A stretch of 55,724 nucleotides of DNA from Deltaproteobacteria bacterium (GTDB lineage Bacteria; Myxococcota_A; UBA9160; SMWR01), in assembly GCA_019310425.1 (NCBI GenBank), contig JAFDEI010000007.1:1-55724 (forward strand). Reading direction: 5' to 3'. Numbering within the stretch: position 1 is the first letter of the stretch; each line of letters begins with the position of its first letter. Made by a program: the position numbers and the translations under genes. The notes beneath the pieces were generated by a model. The model was given only the letters and a program-made list of their open reading frames with translations, was not told the origin of the DNA and did no database searches. Shown in pieces: positions 1-10,031 of the stretch.

Positions 1-1709
1 GGCCCGATCCCGGGCAGCTCTTCGAGAATCGACGTGAAGTTCTGACGCGATCGCAGTGAACGCTGGAACTCGATCGCGAAACGATGCGACTCATCCCGCA
101 CGTGCTGGAGGTACAGCAGGCCGCGCGAGCTCGGCGGCAGCAGGACCGGATCCCGACGCCCCGGCAGATACAGGCGCTCCGCCTTCAACCCGCCGCCGCG
201 GCGCACCCGCGCCGACGGACTGTCCAGGTCGCGCTCCTTGGAGATCCCGACGGCGTCGACCGAATGACCGGCATCCGCGAGCGCGGCGCACAGGACGCCG
301 AGGTGCCCCTTGCCGCCGTCCACCAGGAAGAGATCGGGTAGCGGCTCGCTGTCGGCGCGGGCCAGGCGACGGCGAAAGACCTCCCGCAGCGCCGCGTAGT
401 CGTCATCCAGGGCTGCCTGCTTGATGCGGTAGCGCCGATAGTCCTGCTTGTTCGGTCGCCCGTTCTCGAACGCGACCCGGCACGCGACTGTCAACGTCCC
501 GTGCAGCGTCGAGACATCGTAGCCTTCGACGCGCCGCGGCAATGCCGTGAGTGACAGCCGCTCCTGCAGTTCCGCAAGAGCAGCGTCGACGCTGCTCTTC
601 GCCTCGAGCCGACGCGTGAGCGACAACTCGGCATTGCGATTCGCCATCCGCACGAGTTCGACCATCGGCCCGCGTTTCGGCGCACGAACCCCGACCTTGC
701 GGCCCGCGGAATCGGTGAGCAGGCCCTGCAGGCCGCCGTCGTCGCCGATCTCGTTTGGAGTCAGCACTTCGTTCGGAATCTGACGCTCATGCTCGGGTCC
801 GTAGTACTGCCCCAGAAACGAGCCGATCACCGTGCAGTCGTCGAGCCGCACGTCCGAAAATGCGTAGTCCTGCGCACCGACCACGCGACCCTCGCGGACG
901 TGGAGCACCTGGACACATGCTTCGCCGCCGTCGCGGGCCAGTCCGAAGACGTCACGGTCCACCGGTCGCGCAGCGACGATCTGCTGACGTTCGACCGTCC
1001 GCTCGACCCGTGCGATCTGATCGCGCAGCATTGCGGCCTCCTCGAAGCGCTCCGCGTCACCCGCTTCGCGCATTCGGCGGCCGAGCTCCCGCACCAGTTC
1101 GTCGGAGCGGCCCTTCAGGAACAAGATCGTACCGTTCACGAGTTCCGCGTAGGCATCGGCCCCGACGAGATCGCAGCAGGGCCCCAGGCAGCGCTTCATC
1201 TGGAATTCGATGCAGGGCCGACCACGCCGGCGGTAGTCGCGGAATTCCGAGTCGCTGCACGAGCGCAACGGAAAGATCCGACGCAGATTCGAGGTCGCGT
1301 CGCGCATCGCGCTGCTCGAGGTGTAGGGACCGAAGTACAGCGCTCCGTCGTCACGGAATCGGCGCACCTGGGTGAGGCGCGGCCAGTCGGCCTTTTCGTC
1401 CAGACGCAGCGCGAGGTACTGCTTGTCGTCGCGCAGCCGAACGTTGAACGGCGGCTTGTGGCGCTTGATCAGCTCGTTCTCGAGCAGCAGGGCGTCCTTG
1501 ACGCTGTGGGTCACGACGACGTCCACGTCGCGCGCCCGATCCATCAGCTGTGGAATCTGGTAGCGACCGTCGCCCCCGCTCAGATAGCTGCGCACGCGCG
1601 CGCGCAGATTCTGCGCCTTGCCGACATACAGGACCGTGCCGCGCTCGTTCTTGAAGAGGTAGACACCTGGCTCATTCGGCAATGCCAGAGCGCGCTCGGT
1701 CAGCTCCAT
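1..1709 (-). CDS. uvrC: Excinuclease ABC subunit C (UvrC), 3'-end cut by window edge
   Basis: Absent from the ORF track because it has no stop inside the window. My reverse-strand translation from ATG 1709 gives MELTERALALPNEPGVYLFKNERGTVLYVGKAQNLRARVRSYL... (GIY-YIG N-terminus), then ...GDAERFEEAAMLRDQIARVE (UVR motif). The frame stays open to nt 1. The ATG lies 1 nt after the uvrB stop. The 366-aa + ORF 789..1889 is its antisense shadow. Confidence 0.9.
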   Translation of the reverse strand, partial: MELTERALALPNEPGVYLFKNERGTVLYVGKAQNLRARVRSYLSGGDGRYQIPQLMDRARDVDVVVTHSVKDALLLENELIKRHKPPFNVRLRDDKQYLALRLDEKADWPRLTQVRRFRDDGALYFGPYTSSSAMRDATSNLRRIFPLRSCSDSEFRDYRRRGRPCIEFQMKRCLGPCCDLVGADAYAELVNGTILFLKGRSDELVRELGRRMREAGDAERFEEAAMLRDQIARVERTVERQQIVAARPVDRDVFGLARDGGEACVQVLHVREGRVVGAQDYAFSDVRLDDCTVIGSFLGQYYGPEHERQIPNEVLTPNEIGDDGGLQGLLTDSAGRKVGVRAPKRGPMVELVRMANRNAELSLTRRLEAKSSVDAALAELQERLSLTALPRRVEGYDVSTLHGTLTVACRVAFENGRPNKQDYRRYRIKQAALDDDYAALREVFRRRLARADSEPLPDLFLVDGGKGHLGVLCAALADAGHSVDAVGISKERDLDSPSARVRRGGGLKAERLYLPGRRDPVLLPPSSRGLLYLQHVRDESHRFAIEFQRSLRSRQNFTSILEELPGIG

Positions 1710-1710
1710 G

Positions 1711-3705
1711 TCAACCGACCCTCAACAGCTCCGCTTCGAAATCGCGGATCTGGTCGCGGAGATCGGCCGCCCGTTCGAACGCCATCTCCTTGGCGGCCGC
1801 GCGCATCTCGCGGCGCAGAGCGTCGATCAACTCCGGAAGCTCGTGGGCGGGGACGGCGATTTCGTGCGCGTCCGACTTCGGTACCGTGACGTAGTCCTGC
1901 TCCCAGATCGATTCGCCGATGCTCGCGATCCGCTTGACGATCGTCTTGGGCGTGATGCCGTGCTCGTCGTTGTAGGCCTTTTGGATCACACGCCGCCGGT
2001 TGGTTTCATCGAGAGTCTGACGGATCGATTTCGTTTCGTGGTCGGCATAGAGAATCACCTCGCCGTTCACGTTGCGAGCCGCGCGGCCGATGGTCTGGAT
2101 CAGCGAGCGGGTCGAGCGCAGGAAGCCCTCCTTGTCGGCGTCGAGAATCGCCACCAGCGAAACCTCCGGGATGTCGAGCCCCTCTCGCAGCAGGTTGATC
2201 CCGACCAGCACGTCGAAGTCTCCCTCTCGGAGCAAGCGGAGAATCTCCATGCGCTCGAGCGTCTTGATGTCGCTGTGGAGGTAGCGGACCCGGATGCCGA
2301 GTTCACCGTAGTAATCCGTGAGCTCCTCGGCCATCCGTTTCGTGAGCGTCGTGACGAGCACGCGTTCGCTCCGCTCGACGCGGATGCGGATCTCCGCGAG
2401 CAGGTCGTCCACCTGCCCTCCCGCGGGCCGCACCGCGACCTTCGGATCGAGCAGTCCGGTCGGCCGGATGATCTGCTCGACCACGACTCCCTGCGACTTC
2501 TCGAGTTCGTAGTCGGCCGGCGTCGCGGAAACGTAGAGGCGCTGCGGTGCACGCTCCTCCCACTCGTCGGCCCGCATCGGCCGATTGTCGAGCGCCGAAG
2601 GCAGCCGCCAGCCGTATTCGACGAGCGTCTCCTTGCGCGCGCGGTCGCCGCGATACATTCCGCCGATCTGGGGCACGCTCACGTGCGACTCGTCGAGCAC
2701 CACCAGCAGGTCGTCGGGGAAGTAGTCGTAGAGGGTATACGGACGCTGGCCCGCCGCGCGCCCATCGAGCCAGCGCGAATAGTTCTCGACGCCATGGCAG
2801 AAGCCCATCTCCTCGAGCATTTCGAGATCGTAGAGGGTCCGCTGCTCCAGCCGCTGCGCCTCGATCAGCTTCCCCTCGCGCTTGAAGTGCGCGATGCGTT
2901 GCTGCAGCTCCCCGCGGATGCCGTCGATGGCGCGCTTCAAGATCTCGGAGGTGGCGACGTAGTGGCTGGCCGGGTACAGCATCGCGCGCTTCGGACGCGC
3001 CACCACCACGCCGCGCAGTGGGTCGATCTCGGCGATCGCCTCGACCTCATCGCCGAAGAACTCGATCCGGATCGCACGATCGGCTTCGTACTGCGGGAAG
3101 ATTTCGACCACGTCGCCGCGCACCCGGAAGGTACCGCGGTGGAAGTCGACGTCGTTGCGTTCGTAGAGCATGTCGACGAGGCGCCGCAGCAGGTCATCGC
3201 GCGACAGCCCCATGCCGGTCTCGACATACACGTGCATCGAGCCATAGGTTTCGGGTGCGCCCAGCCCGTAGATGCACGAGACGCTGGCGACGACCAGCAC
3301 GTCCCGGCGTGTGAGCAACGAGCGCGTGGTGGAATGACGCAGTTTGTCGATCTCGTCGTTGACCGACGAGTCCTTCTCGATATAGGTGTCGCTGGCGGCG
3401 ATGTAGGCCTCGGGCTGGTAGTAGTCGTAGTACGACACGAAGTACTCGACCGCGTTGTCGGGAAAGAGCCCCTTGAACTCGGAGTAGAGCTGCGCGGCAA
3501 GGGTCTTGTTGGGTGCCATCACGAGCGTGGGCCGGTTCACCTGCTCGACCGCGCAGGCGACCGTGAACGACTTGCCGCTTCCCGTCACGCCGAGCAGCGT
3601 CTGGTGTGGGTCGCCGCGGTTGATTCCCTCCACCAGCGCCGCGATCGCGCGTGGCTGGTCTCCCGTCGGTTCGTATTCGGAAACCAACCGGAAGGATTCG
3701 CTCAC
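1711..3705 (-). CDS. uvrB: Excinuclease ABC subunit B (UvrB)
   Basis: This is the last 664 codons of track ORF 1711..4791. It has Walker [11 protein letters not shown], helicase motifs, and the C-terminal UVR motif [16 protein letters not shown] set the start at GTG 3705 ([21 protein letters not shown]), which overlaps the cysS stop as GTGA. The rest of the 1026-aa ORF is an out-of-frame read-through across cysS. Confidence 0.93.
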   Translation of the reverse strand: MSESFRLVSEYEPTGDQPRAIAALVEGINRGDPHQTLLGVTGSGKSFTVACAVEQVNRPTLVMAPNKTLAAQLYSEFKGLFPDNAVEYFVSYYDYYQPEAYIAASDTYIEKDSSVNDEIDKLRHSTTRSLLTRRDVLVVASVSCIYGLGAPETYGSMHVYVETGMGLSRDDLLRRLVDMLYERNDVDFHRGTFRVRGDVVEIFPQYEADRAIRIEFFGDEVEAIAEIDPLRGVVVARPKRAMLYPASHYVATSEILKRAIDGIRGELQQRIAHFKREGKLIEAQRLEQRTLYDLEMLEEMGFCHGVENYSRWLDGRAAGQRPYTLYDYFPDDLLVVLDESHVSVPQIGGMYRGDRARKETLVEYGWRLPSALDNRPMRADEWEERAPQRLYVSATPADYELEKSQGVVVEQIIRPTGLLDPKVAVRPAGGQVDDLLAEIRIRVERSERVLVTTLTKRMAEELTDYYGELGIRVRYLHSDIKTLERMEILRLLREGDFDVLVGINLLREGLDIPEVSLVAILDADKEGFLRSTRSLIQTIGRAARNVNGEVILYADHETKSIRQTLDETNRRRVIQKAYNDEHGITPKTIVKRIASIGESIWEQDYVTVPKSDAHEIAVPAHELPELIDALRREMRAAAKEMAFERAADLRDQIRDFEAELLRVG

Positions 3706-5111
3706 GCCCGCCTCCAGCGCGGCCCGTCCGGCGTGTCCTCGATCACGACGCCTTCGGCCGCGAGCTCGTCGCGAATCCGATCCGACTCGGCAAAGTCCTT
3801 GGCCGCGCGGGCCGCCTGGCGCTGTTCTACCAGCGCATCGATGCGCGGATCGCTCTCGCTCGCGCTGCGGCGCGGTTCGGCGTGCTCGAGGTCGAGGCCG
3901 AGAAACGCATCGAACTCGCGCAGCAAGGCCCAGCATTCGGCCGGTGCGAGATCGCCGCTGCGCGCGACCTCCCAGGCGGTCGCGAGCGCGCGCGGAGCAT
4001 TGAGGTCGTCGCGCACCGCCTGCTGGAAGCGCTCTCGAAACGGCGTGAGCTTGGCGGGGTCGATGTCGCCATCGGCGTCCCGCACTTCGGCCGCGACTCC
4101 CACCAGGCGGTCGTAGCCGGTTGCCGCCGCCTCCATCGCCTCGTCGCTGAAGACCTGCTGCTGGCGGTAGTGCGCCTGGAGAAAGAAGTAGCGAAACGCG
4201 AGCGCGGGGTAGCCCGCCGCGATCAGGTCGTCGAGCACCGTCACATTGCCCTTCGACTTCGACATCTTCTCGCCGCGCAGGTCGAGGAACTCGTTGTGGA
4301 GCCAGAACGCCACCCACGGGTGCACGTCGTAACAGCATTCGCTCTGCGCGATCTCGTTGCTGTGGTGCACCGCGATGTGGTCGACCCCGCCGGTGTGGAT
4401 ATCGAACTGCTCGCCGAGATACTTCGAACTCATCGCCGAGCACTCGAGGTGCCAACCCGGGAAACCACGGCCCCAGGGCGAGTCCCATTCCTGGAGTCGC
4501 TTGCCGCCGTCCGGGTCGGGGAATTTCCAGAGCGCGAAGTCCGACGGGTTGCGCTTGCCGGGCACGTCGCCGATGCGCGCACCGGACTCCTGGCCTTCGA
4601 GGTTCAAACGGGCGAAGTCCGCGTAGCCCGGGAAGCGAGCCGTGTCGAAGTAGATGCCGTCGTCGATGCGGTAGCTGTAGCCCTTCGCCTCGAGGATCCG
4701 GACCATTTCGATCTGCTCGTCGATGTGATCGGTCGCCTTGCAGATCACCTCGGGCGGAAGGCACTGCGTGCGCTCGCGGTCGGCCAACCACTGCGCGGTG
4801 TACAGGTCCGCGATCTCGGCCACGCTCTTGCCCGAGCGAGCGGCCGCTTGCTCGATCTTGTCTTCACCGGCATCGGCGTCGTCCGTGAGGTGACCGACAT
4901 CGGTGACGTTGATGACCTGCGTCACGCGCAGACCTTCCAGCTGAAGCGCGCGCTTCAGCAGGTCGGCGAAGAGATTCGAGCGCAGATTGCCGATGTGCGG
5001 AGCCGCGTAGACCGTCGGCCCGCAGGTGTAGAGGCGCGCGTGCCCGGCTTCGATCGGTGCGAACGCCTGCTTGCTCCGCGTCCGGGTGTTGTACAGGACC
5101 AGCCCTTCCAC
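3702..5111 (-). CDS. cysS: Cysteine--tRNA ligase
   Basis: 469 aa with class-I aaRS signatures HIGN (APHIGNLRS) and KMSKS (KMSKSKGN), plus CGPTVY near the N-terminus. GTG start. Confidence 0.93.
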   Translation of the reverse strand: MEGLVLYNTRTRSKQAFAPIEAGHARLYTCGPTVYAAPHIGNLRSNLFADLLKRALQLEGLRVTQVINVTDVGHLTDDADAGEDKIEQAAARSGKSVAEIADLYTAQWLADRERTQCLPPEVICKATDHIDEQIEMVRILEAKGYSYRIDDGIYFDTARFPGYADFARLNLEGQESGARIGDVPGKRNPSDFALWKFPDPDGGKRLQEWDSPWGRGFPGWHLECSAMSSKYLGEQFDIHTGGVDHIAVHHSNEIAQSECCYDVHPWVAFWLHNEFLDLRGEKMSKSKGNVTVLDDLIAAGYPALAFRYFFLQAHYRQQQVFSDEAMEAAATGYDRLVGVAAEVRDADGDIDPAKLTPFRERFQQAVRDDLNAPRALATAWEVARSGDLAPAECWALLREFDAFLGLDLEHAEPRRSASESDPRIDALVEQRQAARAAKDFAESDRIRDELAAEGVVIEDTPDGPRWRRA

Positions 5112-5112
5112 G

Positions 5113-5598
5113 CTACCGGCACTCCTCCGGGTCGCCGATCAGCGCCACCGCGAGCGCGGCGACCCCCTCTTCCCGGCCGAGGAATCCGAGTCGGTCGGTA
5201 CTCGTCAGCTTGACGTTCACCCGATCTTCGTCAGCACCCAGCGCGTCGGCGAGCGAGGCGGTCATTGCGGCTCGATGCGGCGCGAGGCGCGGCACCTGGG
5301 CGATCACCGTCGCATCGACATTCCCGATCGCGAAGCCCGCCGCCGTCACCCGCGCAACCACCTGCTCCAGGATGTCGCGGCTCGCGATGCCCGCGAGCGT
5401 CGCGTCCGATGACGGGAAGTGTTCACCGAGGTCGCCCTGCCCGAGCGCGCCGAGCAAGGCGCTCGCCACCGCGTGCAGCAGCACGTCACCGTCCGAATGG
5501 CCTTCGAGCCCACGATCGAACGGGATCTCGACGCCACCGAGGATCAGGCGGCGCCCGGCCACGAGCTGATGCGCGTCGACGCCCTGCCCGATCCTCAC
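5113..5598 (-). CDS. ispF: 2-C-methyl-D-erythritol 2,4-cyclodiphosphate synthase
   Basis: 161 aa: [12 protein letters not shown]...[14 protein letters not shown]... is the typical IspF metal-binding pattern. The stop lies 1 nt from the cysS start. Confidence 0.92.
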   Translation of the reverse strand: MRIGQGVDAHQLVAGRRLILGGVEIPFDRGLEGHSDGDVLLHAVASALLGALGQGDLGEHFPSSDATLAGIASRDILEQVVARVTAAGFAIGNVDATVIAQVPRLAPHRAAMTASLADALGADEDRVNVKLTSTDRLGFLGREEGVAALAVALIGDPEECR

Positions 5599-6311
5599 TC
5601 CGCTGCGCTTCCTTCCCGGCGCCCTGCCAGCAGCCGCTCGGCCAGCAGCAGGTCATCCGCGTCGGTGACCTTGATGTTGCCGGGATCACCTTCCACCACG
5701 CAGACCTCGATTCCGAGGGCTTCGACGATCTCGGCCTCGTCGGTGCCGATGCGACCATCGAGGGCGGCCTTGGCGAGTGCTTCGCGCAAGATTCCGACCT
5801 CGAAGACCTGCGGCGTCTGAGCCGCGAAGCATTCCGAGCGCGGCGGAGTCTCGACGATGCGGCCGGCCCGCACGCGCTTGATGGTGTCGCGGACCGGCAC
5901 GGCGAGGATCGCCGCTCCTGCGCGCTTGGCGGCCTGCACGACGCGATCCACGTCAGCGGGAGATACCAGCGGCCGAGCCGCATCGTGAACGGCCACGTGC
6001 GAAACATCCGCTGCCAAGGCCGCCAGCCCGGCCGCCATTGAATCCTGGCGCTCGGCACCGCCGATGATCGGATCCGACAACTTCGAAATCGAATCCAGCT
6101 GCAACGCCAGCTCGCCCCAGGCGGGCCGGTCATTCTGCCCCAACACGGGAATCACTTGATCGATCTCCTGCGACGCCGCGAGTGCTTCCAGCGCATGAAG
6201 CAGCAGCGCCCGGCCCGCAACCTGCACGAAGGCCTTGGGGCGGTCGGCGCCGAGACGCTCGCCGCGCCCGGCGGCCAGCACGAGGGCTGCCACGCTCATG
6301 CTCGGGACCAT
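5595..6311 (-). CDS. ispD: 2-C-methyl-D-erythritol 4-phosphate cytidylyltransferase
   Basis: 238 aa with the [15 protein letters not shown] nucleotide-binding motif. The stop overlaps the ispF ATG (ATGA). An alternative start at ATG 6299 (MSVAAL...) is equally plausible. Confidence 0.9.
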   Translation of the reverse strand: MVPSMSVAALVLAAGRGERLGADRPKAFVQVAGRALLLHALEALAASQEIDQVIPVLGQNDRPAWGELALQLDSISKLSDPIIGGAERQDSMAAGLAALAADVSHVAVHDAARPLVSPADVDRVVQAAKRAGAAILAVPVRDTIKRVRAGRIVETPPRSECFAAQTPQVFEVGILREALAKAALDGRIGTDEAEIVEALGIEVCVVEGDPGNIKVTDADDLLLAERLLAGRREGSAAE

Positions 6312-6391
6312 AGCCGACCCGCTCGCGGTCGTGGCTCACACGGAGAGGGTGAGCTTGTTACAGTACCCGCGCGCCCTGAGGAGGTTTCTTC

Positions 6392-8083
6392 GTGACCCGG
6401 TACCAATGCAGCTTCATTGCAATCGCCCTGTCGTGCTTCACCGTCGCGGTCTGCCCGCCCGCGGCCGCAGTCGACGGCGACACCGGCGGCAACCCGGCCT
6501 CGGCCACAGCGCCCGATCCGGGCGGCGAGCCGAAGTCGCAAGGCTACCGGGCGGCATCGCGCGGAGGCGATGCGCCCTGGGGCGGTACCGACGAAAACAC
6601 CTTGCGACTTTCGGTCGACGAGGCGATCGGCCAGGCGATCGAGAACAACCTCGGCGTGCAGATCCAGCGCTTCAATCCGCTGATCGCCGAGGAGGAGCTC
6701 GAGATGGCCTGGGGCGCCTACGACCCCGGCTTCGAGGCCGAGATCGGCTACGACTCGACCCGCAACCCGAACGCGTTGCAGCTGGATGGAAACCTCCTCA
6801 GCATCTCCAAGCTTATAGACGGCACCGGTGGCTTCCGCGGCGTGTTGCCGTTCCTGAGCACGCAGTACTCGGCGATGCTCGGGTCGCAGCGCACCGAAAC
6901 CAACAGCACGATCCAGGGGTTCTCACCCGAATACCGCTCAACCACCATCTTTGCGATCACCCAGCCGCTGCTGAAAGACCTGATCTGGAACCAGCCCTGG
7001 ACGCGCGTGAAGATCACCAACATCAACTACGACGCGTCGATCGAGGACTTCCGCCTCGCGCTGATGGACATCGTCGCCGCCACCGAGGACGGCTACTGGG
7101 AGCTGATCGCATCCCACGAAGACATGCTGGTCGCGCAGAAGAGTCTCGAAACCGCACAGGCGCTGCTGCGCCAAACCCAGACCCAATACGATGTCGGCGT
7201 GGTTTCGAAGGTCGAGGTCATCCAGTCCGACGCGGGTGTCGCGGACCGCGAATTCCGCTTGATCGTCGCGGAGAACCGCTACCGCCTGAGCCAGGACAAT
7301 CTGATCGACATCGTGCTCGGCGAGCGGCTGCGCCCCGACACCACGCTCGCGATCGAGCCCACCGACCGCGCCGACGAATTCGTCCACTACGACGTCGACA
7401 TCGTGTCAGCCACACGCGTGGCCTTCGCGAGCCGCCCCGAGCTCGAACTCGCGAACCAGCAGATCGACCGACTCTCGATTCAGCAGAAGTTCGCGAAGAA
7501 CCAGCGCCTGCCGCGCTTCGACGTGGTCGGGACCTACGCGTACAGAGGGCTGTCGGGAAAGACGAACCCCAACTGCGGCGCCCTGGGCCCCTGTCCCCAG
7601 GTCGACGAGCCCTGGAGTGCCTCGTGGAACGACTTCTACGCGTCCGACGGTGCCAACAACTATTCGGTGCGCGGGCTGTTCTCGATCCCGATCCCGAACA
7701 CCACCGGGCGTGCCCGCTACTCGCAGGCACAGATCGAGCTGCGCCAGGCGTCGACGCAGAAGCGCCGGATCGAGCAGGACATCATCTTCGAAATCCGCAA
7801 GGCCGCACGCGACCTCGAATCGGCGCAGAACGGCATCGAGGCCTCCGACCGCGGCGTGACCGCGGCGGCCGAGCAGCTGCGTGCGGAGGAGATCCGGCTC
7901 GAGTACGGTGAGTCGACGCCCTTCGACGTGCTGCTGCGCGAGGAGTCCCTGGTCGAGGCCGAGAGCCGAATGATCACCTCGCTCAAGACCTATCGGTCGT
8001 CGCTGACGGCCCTCGACCGCCGCCAGGGCACGATCCTCCGGAACCGCAACATCGCGATCGATGCGGCCATGGGCTTGCGGTAA
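6392..8083 (+). CDS. TolC-like outer membrane efflux protein (OEP family)
   Basis: 563 aa with a hydrophobic N-terminal signal (IAIALSCFTVAVCPPAAA) and two internally similar halves carrying OEP-like coiled segments (LSVDEAIGQAIENNLGVQIQR...; AQALLRQTQTQYDVGVVSKVEVIQSD...). GTG start preceded by GAGGAG. Confidence 0.75.
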   Translation: MTRYQCSFIAIALSCFTVAVCPPAAAVDGDTGGNPASATAPDPGGEPKSQGYRAASRGGDAPWGGTDENTLRLSVDEAIGQAIENNLGVQIQRFNPLIAEEELEMAWGAYDPGFEAEIGYDSTRNPNALQLDGNLLSISKLIDGTGGFRGVLPFLSTQYSAMLGSQRTETNSTIQGFSPEYRSTTIFAITQPLLKDLIWNQPWTRVKITNINYDASIEDFRLALMDIVAATEDGYWELIASHEDMLVAQKSLETAQALLRQTQTQYDVGVVSKVEVIQSDAGVADREFRLIVAENRYRLSQDNLIDIVLGERLRPDTTLAIEPTDRADEFVHYDVDIVSATRVAFASRPELELANQQIDRLSIQQKFAKNQRLPRFDVVGTYAYRGLSGKTNPNCGALGPCPQVDEPWSASWNDFYASDGANNYSVRGLFSIPIPNTTGRARYSQAQIELRQASTQKRRIEQDIIFEIRKAARDLESAQNGIEASDRGVTAAAEQLRAEEIRLEYGESTPFDVLLREESLVEAESRMITSLKTYRSSLTALDRRQGTILRNRNIAIDAAMGLR

Positions 8084-8118
8084 GATCGGCCCCCACCGAG
8101 GCGTGGCGAAGGAGTCAC

Positions 8119-8652
8119 GTGGGCCTGTTCAATCAGAAAAATCAGAAGAGCGGGAAAGCAGATCCCGAGAGCGGTCAGAGCGATCGGGCGACGCGCCCGG
8201 CCGGTCCGGATGCTATGGCGAAATCCACTCGGCGGCGGGAGCCGCCCACCCAGGGGGAACAAGAAGTGGCCAACATCGGAAAGTCGATCTCGATCAAGGG
8301 CGACCTGACCGGCAACGAAGACATCGTGATCGAAGGCACGGTCGAGGGCAAGATCGACCTGCCGAACAATCAGCTCACCGTGGGTGCCAACGGCACCGTT
8401 CGAGCCGAGATCACCGCCAAGGGCATCGTCGTGATCGGGCGGGTCTCCGGCAACGTCCACGGGACCGAGCGCGTCGAGGTTCAGGCCACGGGCATCGTCG
8501 AGGGCGATGTCGTCGCCCCGAAACTCAGCGTCGCCGAAGGGGCCGTGGTAAACGGCTCCGTCAAGATGTCAAAAAAAGCCGGCGCCGCAGAAACCCCCAC
8601 TGCCCCAACGGCACCGACCAGCGGCTCACCCGAAGTACGCAAGGCAGGCTGA
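8119..8652 (+). CDS. Bactofilin (polymer-forming cytoskeletal protein, DUF583)
   Basis: 177 aa with a beta-helical repeat core, IGKSISIKGDLTGNEDIVIEGTVEGKIDLPNNQLTVGANGTVRAEITAKGIVVIGRVSGNVHGTERVEVQATGIVEGDVVAPKLSVAEGAVVNGSV, flanked by disordered tails. AAGGAG lies 5 nt upstream of GTG 8119. Confidence 0.85.
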   Translation: MGLFNQKNQKSGKADPESGQSDRATRPAGPDAMAKSTRRREPPTQGEQEVANIGKSISIKGDLTGNEDIVIEGTVEGKIDLPNNQLTVGANGTVRAEITAKGIVVIGRVSGNVHGTERVEVQATGIVEGDVVAPKLSVAEGAVVNGSVKMSKKAGAAETPTAPTAPTSGSPEVRKAG

Positions 8653-8739
8653 GCCCCACCACCCCCAACAAACACCCCGTGGACGGACCCGGTTGCCTTG
8701 GTGCACCGCTGCCAACCGCGACGTGCTCATCTCGAGCGC

Positions 8740-8808
8740 GCGAATCGGGTCGGGGGTCCCTTCCGCTCCCAACTCGCGCTCGCGGAAGGGACCCCCGACC
8801 CGATTCGC
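8740..8808. repeat. Long perfect palindrome (27-bp stem, 15-nt loop), REP-like element copy A
   Basis: 8740..8766 (gcgaatcgggtcgggggtcccttccgc) is the exact reverse complement of 8782..8808. The loop is tcccaactcgcgctc. It sits in the 317-bp gap between the convergent bactofilin and secF genes. Confidence 0.9.
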
Positions 8809-8844
8809 TTCTGCTGAGTTCGAATACGCTGGGGCTGAAACGGA

Positions 8845-8909
8845 GCGCGAGGCGAGGGGTGCCTTCTGCGAGCGCGAGTTGGGAGCGGAAGGCACCCCTC
8901 GCCTCGCGC
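8845..8909. repeat. Second long palindrome (22-bp stem), REP-like element copy B, inverted relative to copy A
   Basis: 8845..8866 pairs perfectly with 8888..8909. The reverse complement of its core (ccttccgctcccaactcgcgctcgc) is shared with copy A, so the two hairpins are related units in opposite orientation. Confidence 0.85.
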
Positions 8910-8969
8910 GGATCTCATCGCAAAGTAACGAGAAACCGACCACAGAGCGGCACGAGTCGTGGTGAGGCC

Positions 8970-10016
8970 TTACTTCCGTTTCGCGGGGTTGGCGAGCGGG
9001 TCGCCGCTGCCGAAGCGGTTTTCGAGGAAGAGCAGCGTCGGAGCCGCAACGAACATCGACGAATAGGTGCCGACCACGATCCCAATCGCCATGGCGATCG
9101 CGAACGGCCGGATCACTTCGCCACCGACGATCAGCAATGCGAAGACCGCGGCGAGGGTCGTGCTCGACGTGAGGATCGTGCGGGCGAGCGTCTGATTGAC
9201 GCTCAGGTTCAGGACTTCGACGAGGTCGTGCTTGGTCCGCACTTCCATGTTTTCGCGGATGCGGTCGTAGATGATGATGGTGTCGTTCAGGCTGTAGCCG
9301 AGGATGGCCAGCAACGCGGCCAGCACGCGCAGATCGAACTCCATGCCGAACATCACGAAGATGCCCATGGTCACGCCGATGTCGTGCAGCAGCGCGACGA
9401 TCGCGCCCGGCGCGAAGCGCACGCTGAAGCGGAACGCGATGTAGGCGAGAATCATCAGGCTCGCGATGCCCATCGCCAGGACCCCGTCACGGCGCAGCTC
9501 GGCGCCGACCCGCGGGCCGACGTACTCGACGCGCTGCACCGTCAGCGGCCCGATCGCGTTCGTCAGCGCGAAGGCCAGCCGGTCGACGAGCTCGCCCTTC
9601 TCGCCGATGGCCCCTTCGCCGCCCCCGGACTCCGCCGCCCTGGCGAGGCGCTCACGATCCGCGTCGGTGAGGGGGCAATCCGCGCTCGCGATGCGCTCGC
9701 TGTCGGAGTCGCCGGTATCGATACGGAATCGAATCAGGAACTCCGCATCGTCGGTCTCGCCGTAGCGGACCACGGACGCCTCGGGAACACCGCAGACACC
9801 CACCACCTCGCGGATCGCGCCTTCGTTGGCCCCTTCGGCCTTCTCGAACAGCACCTGCATCTCGCTGCCGCCCGCAAAGTCGATGCCGAGACGCACGCCC
9901 TGGATCGGAATCGCGATGAGCCCCGCGAGCAGCACCGCCCCGGAAATGGCCGCGCAGAGGTAGCGCTTCCCGATGAAGTCGATTTTGGTCCCGGCCGGGA
10001 CGATCTCAAACGGCAC
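8970..10016 (-). CDS. secF: Protein translocase subunit SecF
   Basis: 348 aa. The N-terminus MPFEIVPAGTKIDFIGKRYLCAAISGAVLL...GIDFAGG is typical of SecF, and the C-terminal polytopic half is SecD/F-type. It also carries an acidic periplasmic insertion (DSDSERIASADCPLTDADRERL...). Confidence 0.9.
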   Translation of the reverse strand: MPFEIVPAGTKIDFIGKRYLCAAISGAVLLAGLIAIPIQGVRLGIDFAGGSEMQVLFEKAEGANEGAIREVVGVCGVPEASVVRYGETDDAEFLIRFRIDTGDSDSERIASADCPLTDADRERLARAAESGGGEGAIGEKGELVDRLAFALTNAIGPLTVQRVEYVGPRVGAELRRDGVLAMGIASLMILAYIAFRFSVRFAPGAIVALLHDIGVTMGIFVMFGMEFDLRVLAALLAILGYSLNDTIIIYDRIRENMEVRTKHDLVEVLNLSVNQTLARTILTSSTTLAAVFALLIVGGEVIRPFAIAMAIGIVVGTYSSMFVAAPTLLFLENRFGSGDPLANPAKRK

Positions 10017-10031
10017 TTCTTCCTCCCCGCC

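Noticed and set aside
789-1889. 366-aa + strand ORF (also 755..1375 + and others) covering the left end
   Set aside because: Its composition (Val/Ala/Arg/Asp/Glu/Leu-rich with no motifs) is typical of an antisense shadow in high-GC DNA. The opposite strand translates into an unmistakable UvrC.
1708-4116. 802-aa + strand ORF, and the N-terminal 360 aa of the 1026-aa - strand ORF 1711..4791
   Set aside because: The + ORF is antisense to uvrB/cysS. The upstream part of 1711..4791 is Arg/Pro/Gly-rich read-through in a frame overlapping the well-supported cysS CDS. UvrB similarity begins only at GTG 3705.
6235-7911. 558-aa + ORF overlapping the TolC-like gene in another frame, and the similar long off-frame or antisense ORFs 8061..10082 +, 3651..5213 +, 32628..33767 -, 32990..34570 +, 36745..38010 +, 41681..42865 -, 47831..49435 +, 48174..49070 -
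   Set aside because: All are Arg/Pro/Gly/Ala-rich or Val/Asp/Glu/Arg-rich with no recognisable motifs. Each overlaps a CDS with strong family signatures, so they are high-GC shadow ORFs.
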